From NCBI GenBank assembly GCA_021613535.1, contig CP075493.1, positions 3,844,001-3,908,000 of the forward strand: DNA of 64,000 nucleotides. Direction: 5' to 3'. The position numbers and the translations under genes were made by a program. The stretch comes from Adineta vaga (lineage: Eukaryota > Animalia > Rotifera). The notes under the pieces were generated by a model. It ran no database searches and was not told the origin of the DNA. It was given only the letters and a program-made list of their open reading frames with translations. This document shows positions 1 through 13,772 of this stretch, piece after piece. Position 1 is the first letter of the stretch. Each line of letters starts with the position of its first letter.

Positions 1-2315
1 ATTTCTATTGCACTATAACTGTAACAACAACAACAGACATAGCTCAACGAACCGATAATGATAATGTCATTATCTAAAGTAAAAATATTCTTTTCTGTCT
101 TTCTGTATATGTCATCGTCAACGTTTTCTCTTCTTTATTTCTTCTCGATACTTTCTTTTCAGTTATCTTATTTTGTTATTATATAGAAGATATAATACTT
201 TTTCAATCCAAATCATAACAAGATTGTAATGTCAACAAAACTGAGAAAGAAGAACGGAAAAAAACGAGTAACTAATTTCTATACGTTTGTCTTTTATATA
301 TTATTGTTATTTTCTAAGAAATTAACATATCAGAAGAAACGAACTAATTCGAAATAGGAAGAATGTAGAAAATTCAATTATGTCCACAGAATTATTCTTA
401 TTTAATTAAACGTTGAGAAATTTCTATGAATATATACAAAGATATCTTTGTCAATAAATAGATGATTGATCTATATGTCAAAATAGTTCGTTGCATAGTA
501 AACAAGCATTGCACTTTAAGTCGATATTCTCGATTGAAAAAAGATATTCACCCATATCTCACTCAATATGAACTTATTTGATTAACATTCGAATATTAAA
601 CGTTCAAATTAATTTCATTATGACACATTACTCAATATTTATTGACTATTATTTTCGATCTTTTCTCGGCTAAACCCATCCCCCCCCCTCTTTTATATTA
701 GTAGCTCCCGAAGGCTAGTAAATTGCCCACCATACAAAATTCTCGGAGGAGACTTTTTTAAGTCCTTAAGTTTTTAGCGGTTTGAAGTGCTAAAAAAGTT
801 TTCAGGAATTGTGGGATTTTTACTCTGAATACTAGAAAAATGAATTAAATTTGTATAAAAAAAACTTTGATTTTCGGTTATTTTACGATAAAAATACCGC
901 TAAAACTTCTCGAAAGCAAGAAGACTGCTATTATGGAGGAGGAGAGCTTAGGAAAAACACACCCATCCTAGAAAGGATACATTTTTTGTCGCACAACAGT
1001 TTATATTCTAACATTATATAGATATAATAACGAACAGATATCGCTATAAAGATGTTTATATTGATTAATGAAAAACATTCGAATATTTTTCTGATTTGAA
1101 ATCCATGAAGATTCCTGTTTTCTTTTACTCATTGTATGAGAGAGGAAAAGCAAACTAAGAGAACATAGTTTTCTTACACGCGATCTATCAAAAGTCAATC
1201 GACTAGTTAATTAAGAGAATTAGAGATTGATAATGTGATTATATGATACAAAACGAAATCTTTGAAATAATCAATTTTAGAAATAAAATATTAAACTTTC
1301 TACTTATCTTGAGAAGACTTTGTGAAAAGCAAACGAGTCGTCTAGGTGTTTAACCATACGATTCACATCATATATATATATATATATTTATGTTCATGTC
1401 CAATTGCCTCGATTGAAGCATACCTTCAAATAATAAATGATCGGTAAATGATGTGATCTCAAGGGAAAAGATGTGTTTCCTATTCCTTTCAAATTGTTTG
1501 TCATTTGGATATTTATCAAAAAGAAATGTTTATGATCTGTAACGAGATCATTGTTTTGAATATAGAAAATTTCCCTACGAAGAAATCATTTTCTCTATTG
1601 AAAATCGCAATTGACAAGCAAAGAAAATCTTTTCGTTACTTTCTGACAAATGATTGTTAATTACTGATGCCAACAAAGATTTAGATGAATGATTTCTTTT
1701 CGTTTCTCCTTGAATAAACCGTAAGAAATATTTTAACCTTTTAAACATACGGAAAAGAAACTTTTCAGAATTTATACAACATAAATTCAATATTATCTTG
1801 ATATTCAATTAAAACTAAGAATACCGCATAGATAAATTTCAATTCTGTTTCCTACTTAAAAAACCTAATTATTCAAGAAACTTTACCATACATGAAGAGT
1901 ACCATTGTTTTGTATTACACAATTCAAATTTCTAATACAAGAACTGAAAACAGGAATCAATTTCTTTCTTTTTAAAATACTGAGTACATTGCACGCAAGA
2001 AGAGGAAAGAACGAGCCATACCTCATATATTCTAAATAAAATATTCAATTAACAAGCTAAAGAGGAACAACCCATACGTTATCGATTCGTGATCAACTCA
2101 GATTACAAAAAGAAACAGGAAATATCTCAATTTCTCTCTTGAACAAAGTATTGAATGGCATTTTTTCTCTTTCGAGAAAAAAAATCAGTATTCTATTACA
2201 TCTCACTGAAACTTGATGAAATTAACAAAATCATTCGCAACGAATATCAATGATCATAAAAGTGAATGAGATATTTTTAAAAAAATAATTCTTTCAACAT
2301 AACATTTATGTGAAT

Positions 2316-4085
2316 TTACTTCCAAAAAAGAAATCGATTCGTTTGTTCACGAAATTCTGCATCAAATTGATCATCAAATAATAAATAAGAATGATCAATT
2401 AACCATTGTCGAGTATTTGATTTTAATTCTTGACATGATGATTGTCCTTCAACAACGAGTGAAATCAATTGAGATTTGTCTTTATACACATTCATTACTG
2501 CTAAAACAATCGAGTCAATTGATGGTCCATTTGTAACATCGATTTGTAGATGACGAAGATGTTTAAATATGATTGCTAGTTTTGGTATATATTCTTCTGT
2601 AATTGAAGTTGGTGTTGATTCTACTGGACGTAGAATTAATAGATGAACAATACGTTGACCGAGAAGATTACATACATCTTGATCATCAAATACAGGGAGA
2701 AGATTATCAAATGCAATGAATAATTCAGATAGTTTTGGTGCTACGCTAAGAATCAATTTGAAGGATTGATATTCTCGAGATGGATGTAATAACCAAATAC
2801 GTTTTAAATGATATAGATTCGGAAGTAAAGATAATTGTTGTGGAACTAAAAAACAAACTAAAATTCAGAGTGATTTCAAACATATTAATAAGATATTACC
2901 TGAAACCAATTGTTCATTTTTATCATATTGAATATCAATTTCATGTATTCGTCGACAATGTTTAATGATTAACAAAGCTTCTGCTAAAGTCATTCCTTGA
3001 TAATCATAAAATTTTTTTAGATTTAAATAATTGTTTCCTGTTGATATTTGTTTTATCATAGGGAATGAAATATTCAAAAGAGAAAATTGATATGGTATTG
3101 TATGTATAACAGTTTGTTCGAGTTCTTCATCAATGAGACAAATCATTGGAAAACGAGATATTGATAATGCATGAAAATCGATTTCTTCAATTGTATCATA
3201 GTAATAACGTAATGAAAAATGAAATTCTTGAAGAGAATCAGGAAGAAAACTTATAAGTTTTTGTTCACTATTAACAAAAGTATTATCGAAAGATGATAAT
3301 TGTAAGGAGAGATGTTTTACATAAGGAATTTTCTTTAATAAAGAATGAATTTCATCGAATAACCAAAAATGATTAAAACAACGAAGAGAAAATTTATTTA
3401 ATTTAATTAGAGGTTCAACATTATCAAATGTTATTTCTGTTATACTAATTTCATCGATTGTAACATTTAATTGTTGAATATTTGGAATCATATTGAATAA
3501 TAATAATAATTTATCCAATATTTGTAATGAAATAGTTAAATTCAAAAGATTTAAACAAACTAACAATGGAAATGTTAAATAATTTGTTTTAAAATGAATC
3601 GAAGTGAATCGATTTTGATTTGTATTTATTACATCTTCAAATAAAGTTACTTGATCAGTAAGAACATCACGAATTTCAATTTCATTAAGATATTCAAGAT
3701 GATTTAATGATTTTAAAAATAGACTTAATTCATCAGCAGTAAAACAAATAAGAATTAATTTTTGAAGATTTGAGAATATTTCAGACATTTGATGAGAGAA
3801 ATAATGTGAAAAGAGTTTTCCTTGTAAAATTGATCGACAATTATTTATTGTTAAGGAAGATATTTTCGAGCCTATACTTGGCAAAATGAAACGATAAAGA
3901 TAATCTGATTGAGTAAATGTTATGTCAGTTAATGAAACATGATGATAATAATCAGCTATACATTCATTGAAACGTTTATTTATACCATAAAATGAATATA
4001 ATACATGAGAATTCAACAGATATTTATAAATTTCTAGAAGAACTTCATCCGGTAGCATGAGCAGATTAGAGATTTGACTTATCAT
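2316..4085 (-). CDS. F-box domain / RNI-like LRR protein (2 coding exons)
   Basis: N-terminal F-box-like 'LLMLPDEVLLEIYKYL' followed by LxxL repeats. ORFs 2865-4085 and 2316-2756 join in frame across a 54-bp GT-AG intron (2846-2899). The family is strongly expanded in bdelloids. Confidence 0.8.
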
Positions 4086-4331
4086 CTAGAATGAAAAGAA
4101 ACTCGAACTATCCGTTGTACTTTATTTGTCAGTTCTCTGAAATTTTATTTTGCTCTATTCTATTACATGAATGATTAAATCATGTAGATTTTCATTGTAC
4201 AGTAACCTGAGCAAGTATGATACTCAAAAATAAAAACTTTTATTGAAAATAAAATATAATTTCCTATCTTATCCTATATCTTATAAACGATCCTGAGAAA
4301 AACCTATCATATTCGTATATAAATGCAAATA

Positions 4332-4341
4332 ATAGATGGCG
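4332..4341 (+). promoter_or_regulatory. ATAGATGGCG motif (CTCF/YY1-like core) upstream of the F-box gene
   Basis: The exact 10-mer also occurs at 20331-20340 (reverse) and 36024-36033, each shortly upstream of a gene start. Confidence 0.45.
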
Positions 4342-5588
4342 CAAATCATCAGAATTCAAACATTGATTACCGTTCATCATTGAAGACGAGTGCTAAGCTT
4401 TTCGTAATCTATCGTTATATAGTATTTGAAAACATCAAATATATATATATATATATCTGTAGAATTATCTTTATACTTGATACTGTGTCGGATCAACGAC
4501 TATTTCTCTTATGTTTCAAACAGGTGCTTTTAATAATATTATCATCATCATTCAAAAAGTTAAAGTACGTTATCGCCCTTTGGCTATACATAGAAGTAAT
4601 ATCAAAATTATGAAGTAGTATAATTCAATTTTCCATTTGTATTTAATAGAAAGATTTGAACATATGGTTGATGTGAATAAACATCATCGGTATTGTTTTT
4701 GATTTTGATCATGATCATACATCATATATTCAAGATGAAACTTCTATACATGTATATGTTCAATACGAATTTTAATGATGAGAAAGAGAGTATAGCTAAA
4801 TAAACATAGCAATCGAATGTTATTCATATTCGCTTCTACTTGATTATCCTCTTCAATCATATACTCTTTCTTGCAGAAAAGAAACAACAACTTTCGCTGT
4901 TTCAATTCTTAATCATCTATACATATAATCATCTTATCCCAAATGAATTCAATCTTTGAATGTACTCTATATTGGACAAGAATCCTGAATATATAAACTC
5001 ATGTAATATTCTATAGTTACTTGCAAACATTCTAAGTAAATTAGCTAATTTTGACCTTTTTTCTTTCTAACTAACAAACTTTTCATAATCATCAATTCTA
5101 GACGTATCATGTTCAATATGGTTCACCCATGCAACGGACAAACTTCTCTTAATGCGCAATCACAAAAGATACAAGAAGAGATTGTCCCGAAACGATGTTC
5201 ATCATCTCATTTTCAAACTCTGAACAGATGGATATTATTAGAACAGAACTCCTATGCATGAATAAACATCAAAGAACATCAAATGACGTGAATTTTTCGA
5301 CATGTTCAATATTCATCATGATGTCATCAGAAGCAAACTTCTCATTTTTCATTTACCTATTAGATTTTATTTTGACTAATACACAAATGACAGGAAATGA
5401 TGCAAAACGACGACAAATGAAAAGAATAACGATGTAGATACAAGAGACGAACATAAGCCTCATTATGGCATGAACAGTTTGAATTCACGGCAAGAGAACA
5501 AATTCTACTACAAAAACGAAAAAGAAGAAGAAAACAGAACGAGAGAAAGAAAAAGAAACCGAAAAACTCGACAATATATTCTTTATTA

Positions 5589-7007
5589 TTATGAAGATGT
5601 ATTAGGTAAATCTGCGGAACCATAGATCTGACAACGAAGTTGAACATTTTCTTGTTTTAAATGTGCATTTTCAAGTCGGAGTTTCAGATTTTCTTGTTCA
5701 AGCCAAGCCGCTCTAAAAATACAAGTAATCAATTGATTAGATGACATTTACTTTTTTCTTCTCTTACCGAAGTGCTATTTCATCTTCTTTTGCACGTCGT
5801 GCATCTCGACTACGTTTTGCTGCTTCATTATTTTTTCGTCGTCTTTCCCAATAAGCGTCATCTTTTGTATCAGACTCTTGATTTGTTTGTTGATTTAAAT
5901 TTGATGAAGAAATTTCTGGTGGTGGTGTATTTGGTCGATAACGTTTTTTTAGTGGAATTCCATTTGTTGTCGATGATGGACTATGAAGTTTATCTGATTG
6001 TTGATTGGATGATTTGATCGGTGAATCTTTGCCTCGACTTAATAAACGTTCTTGAGCTTGTTGAATACGTTTACGAAATTGTGAAGAAAAATCATCAGTA
6101 GATGAAGCCAAGACATTCAATAAATTATCCGACGAAGGAACTAGTGGAGAATAAAAACCAAGTGGTAACGATAGTGGATCACGTGGATAGGCTTTGAATG
6201 GACGAGTAGGTTTGCCATGTTTATTTCGAAGTAGTAATGGTGGTAACATTGAAATAGATGATGGATTTAATGAAGAAGATTGTTTATCTAGCTATATAAT
6301 TAAAAATTTTAGAAAATATTTATAGAAAAAAGTATGAAAATTACTAGATCGGTATCTTCATCATCAACACCATCCTCTTCATTATTATTATTATTATCAT
6401 CATCATCGTCATCATCAATTTCCATATCTTTTCTCCGAGTATTTGATGTTGTAGAAAAATCAATTGGTCCTATTTGTTGTTGCTGATGCAGTTGCTGCTG
6501 CTGTTGTTGTTGTTTTTGTAATGATTCAGCAAGGTATTTGAATAGTAATTGTTGATGATCATCATGTGTATTCTCTTCGTTTGATGATTGATCATGTTCA
6601 TCATCATGATGAGTTATTTGTTCCATTTGATCAGCTATGTCAGCCAAAAAATGAAGTTGTGGAGCGATCTAAAGTAAAGAACAAATAAGATTCGTTTTAG
6701 TGAATATGTATCAAACGGACAGAAAAAGAGCTAAAGCGAGTAAGTAAAACAGAGAGAAAGTATATGTGTCATCAGAGAACAAACTAATCATTATCCGAGA
6801 ACGATGAAGGGAATTGACATACGTTAATTGAACACTCAAATGGTGACGTCACAGGTAACATCGACTACTCATATGGATTAAGACAAAAAACGTTATCAAT
6901 CCAGATTGTTTTTGTACTTTTTTTCTACATAAATTTTATCTCTCAGTACATATCCAATTATTCTCTTAGCAAAGAAAAATAAAACTTTTTCTTAGATAAC
7001 TCACCAT
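5589..7007 (-). CDS. gt: giant-like PAR-related bZIP transcription factor, paralog 1
   Basis: Exons 7005-7007 (ATG only), 6345-6668, 5768-6291, 5589-5712. Basic region [45 protein letters not shown], giant-type RPFKAYPRDPL motif, PIDFS (CtBP-binding-like) motif, polyQ and acidic tracts. Confidence 0.8.
6844..6851. promoter_or_regulatory. Perfect CRE palindrome TGACGTCA in intron 1 of bZIP paralog 1
   Basis: Seen directly. The same element lies in intron 1 of paralog 2. Confidence 0.45.
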
Positions 7008-7436
7008 CAGCTATTCAACTTGATCATTGATCACCGAATGTATTCACACATATTTTCTCTCTTTCTCTCTATTTCGCTCTTTCTCTCTATTTCCTTTTTT
7101 GCGTTCAATATTTGCTCATAATGTTCAGAAAAAGCACTTTCATTTTCTTTTCTCGCCAATAGCTTAGCCGCTATCAATCTATAATATACTCACCATCACG
7201 TCTGATTGCGTTCAATGTTGAATAATCACCTGCGGCAGTGGGTAAGGAAAAGAATGAGAAATGTAGCCTGTTGTTTTTTTCAAAAACGAAATATCGATTA
7301 TGCAAGGTTGTTCTAACGGCTCGCGTTTGTATGATCGCTAAAGCAAACGATTGCTGACCCTCGTCGATTATGAGGATGAATGGTGAGGTCAGCGAAAGAG
7401 AAGAAAAATTATTTGACCATCAGTTTGTTCACATAC

Positions 7437-7445
7437 TCAAGGTCA
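7437..7445 (+). promoter_or_regulatory. TCAAGGTCA NR5A/FTZ-F1/ERR-type site upstream of bZIP paralog 1
   Basis: Exact consensus. A near match TGACCTTGT lies at 7840-7848, with further AGGTCA half sites at ~7386 and ~7635. Confidence 0.4.
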
Positions 7446-9575
7446 TGCTATGTATACGAACGAAAAAAAAAGCCGAAGAGAGAAAGAGACAGAAAGAAAA
7501 GAGAGAAAATTAAATAACAACGTTGAACATGCACAAGCGAACGCAGTATGAGCTCTTTGGTGATCGATGTGAATGAAAAAAGAGCGAACACCGCACATAG
7601 CAGAAAAGAAGATTGGATCGTTGTTGTATACACATAGGTCACTGGTCATTCAATCTACACTAATTATTCTACATGTGAGATAAAATTTGATCAATAGAAA
7701 GAATAAAAACTAAGTTTCATAATTTACATCATTGATTAAAAATACTTATAGTATTAGACATTTGTCTATCGAATTTTCTCAAAATTTCAAATGATTAAAC
7801 TTCATTATCACGTGTTATATGATCCTATATAATAATGAGTGACCTTGTCACACGTTCGTGTGAAGAGAGATATTAAATTACAAGCTTTTTTTCTTTCATA
7901 ACCAATAGATTTTAATCTTTGAAGAAAACAACAACTAACCAATGATTTGTTTGTATATGTACGAAAAAAAAAGTTTGATCTTGAAAAATTACATCTAGCG
8001 GATGTTTTCTTTCGATAATTATATGTTGCAATCTGTTTAGGTAATCTTTACATCATTCGAAAACAGATGTCTAACGGAATTGAAAATGAAATAATCAAGC
8101 AAATGCAATGATTAATTGCGAAATGTTAAAATAATCATAATGATGATGATGTGAAAGTTCATGCTTGATAGAAGTATGCGATTTTCTGAACATATGGTAG
8201 AAATGGAATTGAAAGAAATAAAAGATATGTCTTTTTTATTATCAAATAATGGAATGTTGAACAACAGTTCGTTTGTTTGAAAGAATGACTATAATAATTT
8301 AACTTTGCTTTTTATAATCTTCAGTATCTCTCTCCTTCTCTCTTGACAATATCTTTTGATCTTGACTTCACATGGCGTAAGTGAACTATTGAATAAGTTC
8401 ACTTAAGATCTCTCTTATTTTTGCCGTATTTCAAAAGAGTTCAGAAGAAAATTATTGCATAGTTTTATATCAATGATTAAGTTTGATATTTATATGTTTG
8501 GATAATGTACTGATCTTATCAGAAAATTGCATAGATTTACACTTCATTTCTTATTTGATAATTGACAAATGTTAGTTTATTAAAAGCTATCGTCAATATC
8601 ATTAGAAAGAAAAGAATGAAGCTATTTTGTTAAGATTTATAAATATGCATACAAATGGATCTGTGATAAATCGAACAATTCAAAAAGATGTTTTCAATGA
8701 ATCTGTCCTTTGAATTAGTCATCTTGAAATTTCAAAGATCTGTTTAAAAATATCTTCGATTTTCAATATGTTTCGTTTATGAGTACAAGAGACTGTGATC
8801 CGACGGTTTCTTTTTTCCATTTATAATCAACTGAAAAATGGGTTTTCAATCAAGTTCAAAAAGATATTCATTTTTTCTCCATAATAAAATTCGATTGATA
8901 TCTTTATTTCAAAAAACAAAAAGAAGCTGTATATTTTAAATCGACAGAAGAAACTGCCCGCGTTAATACATACACAAATATGCATTCAATGAGATTGGAT
9001 TTTTGTATACATTTTAAAACAAAAAAAAAAGACAAATGAAATATGACACATGAACAAAGACAAGTACAAGATTGATTCTAATTAATTCTAAATAAACACA
9101 CGTACACACATTGAAAAGAAGAAGAAAGGTTGTATATAATATATATTGCGTAAAAAAAAGAGAGGAAAAGATCGAACTAAAACATAAACAGTGTCGTGAA
9201 ATGTAATAATAATGCGTATCATTAATTATAGAATAAGCCGAAACGAAAAAAGAAGAATGGCCACGTATACACGGCAGAAAAGAGAAATAAAAGACAAAAT
9301 CATTGGTAATGTCAAAAACAATGAATATTATTTTTAGCGCATGAAAAAAGAAAAACGAAGCAGTACAATCAGTTACATATAAAATACATCCGTGGAGCTC
9401 AGCTCTCTCATTTAGTTTTCGAAGACTGCTTAGCAGAGATAAAGAAAAAGACAAGGAAAAAAAGAGATCGAACCACTCGATGAATAAGAAATAAATGAAT
9501 ACTTTAGCAAAAACAAATCATCACCGAGTCTGACATGTGAGAGAGAGAGAGAGATACATACACATTTATATATGA

Positions 9576-10859
9576 CTATGAAGATGCGTGAACCATACAT
9601 CGTAATTTAGCTGTTTCTTGCTTTAATTGTGATAATTCTAGTCGTAATTTGATATTTTCTTGCTCTAAAATTGCTGCTCTAAAAGATCAATATGACATTA
9701 TTTTATTGATAATAAAGAAAGACAGTGTTTTCTTTTTCTCTCTCTTACCTTAAGGCAATTTCGTCTTCTTTTGCACGTCGTGCATCTCGACTACGTTTTG
9801 CTGCTTCATTATTTTTTCGTCGTCGTTCCCAATAAGCATCATCTTTGATTCCATGATTGGCATCATCTTGATCATCATTAGCCGATATTTTTTCTTCATT
9901 GATCATTGAATTTTCCATAACTCGATGTCGTTTTTTTGGTGGTTGTAAAATTTGTGTACCGGATGAGGATATAAAATGGGTTGATTGTTGTTGCTGTTGT
10001 TGCTGTAAACGTTGTTTAAGACGTTCTTGTGTTTGAGAAAGTCGTTTTCGATTAAGTGTAGAATAACTACTTATATCAGCCATAAGATTAGTTTGTTCCG
10101 ATGCGGTTGTATTAGAACTGAAACCTAATGGTAACATTAATGGATCTCGTGGATAAGCTTTGAATGGTCGAGTTGGTTTTCCATTTTTATTTGTGAGAAG
10201 AAAAGGAAAATTATTTGTTGTTTGCAGATTTTGTAACATTGATGAGAGAAGTTGTTGATTAGGTGATAGTGAAGGTGGAGAAGAATAATCATTGATATCA
10301 TCTATTGAACGACGAGAAGAAAAGTCGATTGGACTTTCAGCTGTTGATGATGCTGATGATGTTGATGGTGGAGATATTGGTTCAAGTTTTTGGTGTTGTT
10401 GTTGTTGAGCTTGAAGTTGTGCTGCAGCTGCAGCAGCAGCAGCCATCACTGCTGCAACATTTTGTTGGGCAAGTAATTGCATTAATAATTCTTGTTGTTG
10501 TGATGGTGCAGACATGGAGAGAGAATCGATTGGAGTTTGTTGTTTTTTAGGTGTAGATGTTGTTGTTGTGATAGCAAGTTTCTTTTGTGAACATTCACTT
10601 TCAACTTTTTCAATCGCTTGTGCCAATAATTGAAGACGATGATGTTGTTGTTGTTGAGTATGATCTGTGTTAGGACTTAACGATGATTCTTCATTTTTCA
10701 CCGGACCAACCTATAAATAATAGACAAACAAATGATATCTTGTGTATTCATGACACATATTTGCGAATATGACGTCATTCAGATTTTTTCTTTTGATAAT
10801 TAGAATACAACAAACACTGAATAATCATTAAAGTCGATATTACTTCGTCGACTTACCAT
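9576..10859 (-). CDS. gt: giant-like PAR-related bZIP transcription factor, paralog 2
   Basis: Exons 10857-10859 (ATG only), 9749-10710, 9576-9678. Basic region identical to paralog 1, plus RPFKAYPRDPL, PIDFS, polyQ/polyA tracts and zipper RAAILEQENIKLRLELSQLKQETAKLR. Confidence 0.8.
10770..10777. promoter_or_regulatory. Perfect CRE palindrome TGACGTCA in intron 1 of bZIP paralog 2
   Basis: Seen directly. Positionally equivalent to 6844-6851. Confidence 0.45.
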
Positions 10860-11391
10860 TGTTTACGTATTGATTATGTTTGAAATTATTAGTACTTTTC
10901 TATATTCACCGGGAATATCTATTTTTTGTTGTTCAACAACAACAACACTATCAATCTACTCAAAATGTCCTTCTGAGGATGGAAGAAAGCGAATAGTATG
11001 CTTTTTTTGTTGCGTCCAATGACAGCGAAGGATGATTGCGTGATTTAATTCTTTTTTTTTCTCTCTCTCTCTCTCTGTTCCTCTCTCTCGTTTCTATTTT
11101 CTTGCGTCGTTTTTTTTTACTTATGTATGTGTGATTGCATTAGATTACTATTACTCGACGTCATAGGCGCAGTGACAGCAGTTTCTTGTTTTCTTGTTTT
11201 TTTTTCTCTTGCGTAAGTTACGAGCGATAGACAGACACACGTTCTGTCGCTTTTTTCTCTTGCTACCACTGTCAAAGAATAAACTACAACAAGCGATTCT
11301 CTTGTATTACTAGTTCTCTGTCGTCTTTCGCAGAATAGTTAGAAATTAGTACCCAGTTCTTGACGATAGATGTGTTTTTCTGTCGAATCGA

Positions 11392-11505
11392 ATTATGTAA
11401 TTTTCCCTTCTTTTCTTTCTTTCTTCGTTTTCCTTTCTCGCTCTCTAGTCTTTCCCTTCTTTTTATCTTCTTTCTCTATGCCATTTTTATGTAATATTAC
11501 GTTAT
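11392..11505. promoter_or_regulatory. PAR-bZIP/D-box-like sites upstream of bZIP paralog 2
   Basis: ATTATGTAAT (11392-11401) matches RTTAYGTAAY. TTTATGTAAT (11486-11495) and ATTACGTTAT (11496-11505) are near matches. These are AT-rich motifs, so chance occurrence is possible. Confidence 0.3.
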
Positions 11506-11844
11506 ATAAGCCTCGTCTATATCGACTTGTTTTTATGGCCTTGTTCGGCTTTCTTTTTGCCCGCATCTCACGCAATCACTATAAAAAAATATATATAGAA
11601 GATCCTTGGCAATAGGAAGAATAACACGACAACGATGACGACAACAGCAATTCTAGTAGTTGCCAGCAAATGATTGTGTTTTTCTGTCTTTCTCTCTTTT
11701 TCTGTTATTAGAACATAAATATCGATCTCATTTTACAACTTACTTTATCAATAATATTCATCGTATGATAATGAAAGAAAGAAATGTCTTCGTTATAAAA
11801 TCTTGATATTGTTTAATCGCATGTGCAAATGCAAATAAGTTTGA

Positions 11845-11943
11845 TGACCTTGAACACAATTGTAGAATGACCGATGGTACAATATGAATCTTTCGCTCTT
11901 TCTCTCTCTCTATTTTTTTCTCTTTCTCGACAACTCAAGGTCA
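11845..11943. promoter_or_regulatory. Two TCAAGGTCA NR5A/FTZ-F1/ERR-type sites upstream of bZIP paralog 2
   Basis: TGACCTTGA at 11845-11853 and TCAAGGTCA at 11935-11943. Confidence 0.4.
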
Positions 11944-13772
11944 ACCGGACGCGATGCAATCGCATGAGCACACATAAACTCACACTCTCCTTCTTCCTTT
12001 TCTTCTTCTTTTGCTTGTTCGTTCGATAAGTTTATACATAATGTACACTCGCGCGTTTATTTTGTTAGTAAGAATAGTAGCGGTCAATATCCATCGGTCA
12101 CAATCCAAGGTTAAACTTTTGCGCGTATGTGTTTCATAAGGTCGCATAGTGTACAAGACATGTTTTTTCTTCTCTTTCTCTTATCCGTTCAATATTTAAC
12201 AATCACATACATTATTAGCAAAAGAAAACGAAGTAAAATGTCTATATAATACAAGATTGATTGAACTGAGTAGATTAGATACATAAACAACTCTTCATGA
12301 TGAATCTTTTGTTTGATAACAGTGATATTCAACTTCAATCTTTTCAAAATGAAAAGACATCATAAATCTGATAGATGGCTTTTTCTCAAAAATGGATTTA
12401 AATGGAATAAACCAGATTATCAATATAATTAAATATCTAATATCTATATATAAATACTACATAACAGTCTTAATTCGAATTGGGTACGATGAAAAACATG
12501 ACTTTTTTTTAGAAGAAAATTTCCTTTTGAATTTCCGCTAGACATCATAATTAGATTTCAATAACGTTGATATAAGGCTATTTTTAAAAACTATTTCTTA
12601 TATTATTTTCTTATTATAAACACATCATCTGTAATTTTCTGAGTCCACTTGACAAATATATATATATATATATATAAATTCAGCAGATTTATCTTTTTTT
12701 CATTTCATTCCAAGTAAATATATATGACAATCAACCTACATATGAATTCTGAAGTACTCAAATAAAATGATGAGTGCAGATTTTTCGCTTATTTTTATAA
12801 AGAATAATTTCCTCTTTAGCACAATAATGGTCAATTCAAATAGAGGAAAAAGAAATAAATGTAGCTAAAAGTACAAACTACATCATTATAATTGAAAAAA
12901 GTGTAATTTCAAGTACGTTCCTCTGATTAATTGAAAATGATTAAAGTTAAAAGATGAATAAAATTTTATTAGAAAAGAAATACAAAGTGCAAATCTTTCT
13001 TTTTCAATTATATTTTTGTAGTAGTTGAATATTCTAGTTGCAAGGATGGATAATAACTAGATAGGTCAATAGTTTCCGATTTTGTTCTAAGTCAGGTTTT
13101 CTTTCTTTTGTTATTGTCAAACAGGAATTGATGAAGTCATTCACTACCAATTTAAGTCTATCATCAAGGAAATCGAACTAGCTTTTTCTGTATAATATAT
13201 TTTATTTAGTTGTAGAACAATAATACAACTTATGAAGAACAGATGATAAAAATGTATGATGAATTCTACTATGCTTTGAATCAGTATTTGTTTTACTCAA
13301 ATACATTTTCTTAGTTAATTATCTAAATAATGAACAATTGGATGATATATTTGAGTGATTCTATTCACAAAGGAAATGAAAATTTTCTCGTTTTTTCAAT
13401 GTAGAATGTTTTGAGTGTCTATTCACGATTATGTGTCAGTCATGCATTGATACTTTTATTATATTTAAGGATTATTTATGTCTATAAATCATACGATCTT
13501 AACATAAAGTTATTTCATAGATGATGGAAACTTTTCAAATCATATTGATCAAAAATGGCTAAAGATTGACTAGAACAATTTTAGTTCCCTAAAACTACAG
13601 TATAGACATACACTCGTCTTATTATATCCTCTTTTTGAAAACAAATTGACGTTTTTTAACGATAGAATTCACATTTATATATCATGTTTCTTGAGATACA
13701 ATGAATTATAAAATCACGCTGAGTAAATAATCAACGGTAACAAATGAACTAGAGGGTACTCGAGCTTCACTC

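Noticed and set aside
1-120. Possible exon on the minus strand at the window edge
   Set aside because: Too short and low-complexity (TGT repeats) to support.
660-1000. GC-richer patch with a C-run, possible transposon fragment
   Set aside because: No convincing TIR, TSD or ORF found.
9014-9454. 146-aa Phe/Leu-rich ORF, and similar ORFs at 5360-5647, 7443-7649, 11370-11615 and 57096-57383
   Set aside because: Low-complexity translations of T- or A-rich UTR and intergenic DNA with no motifs.
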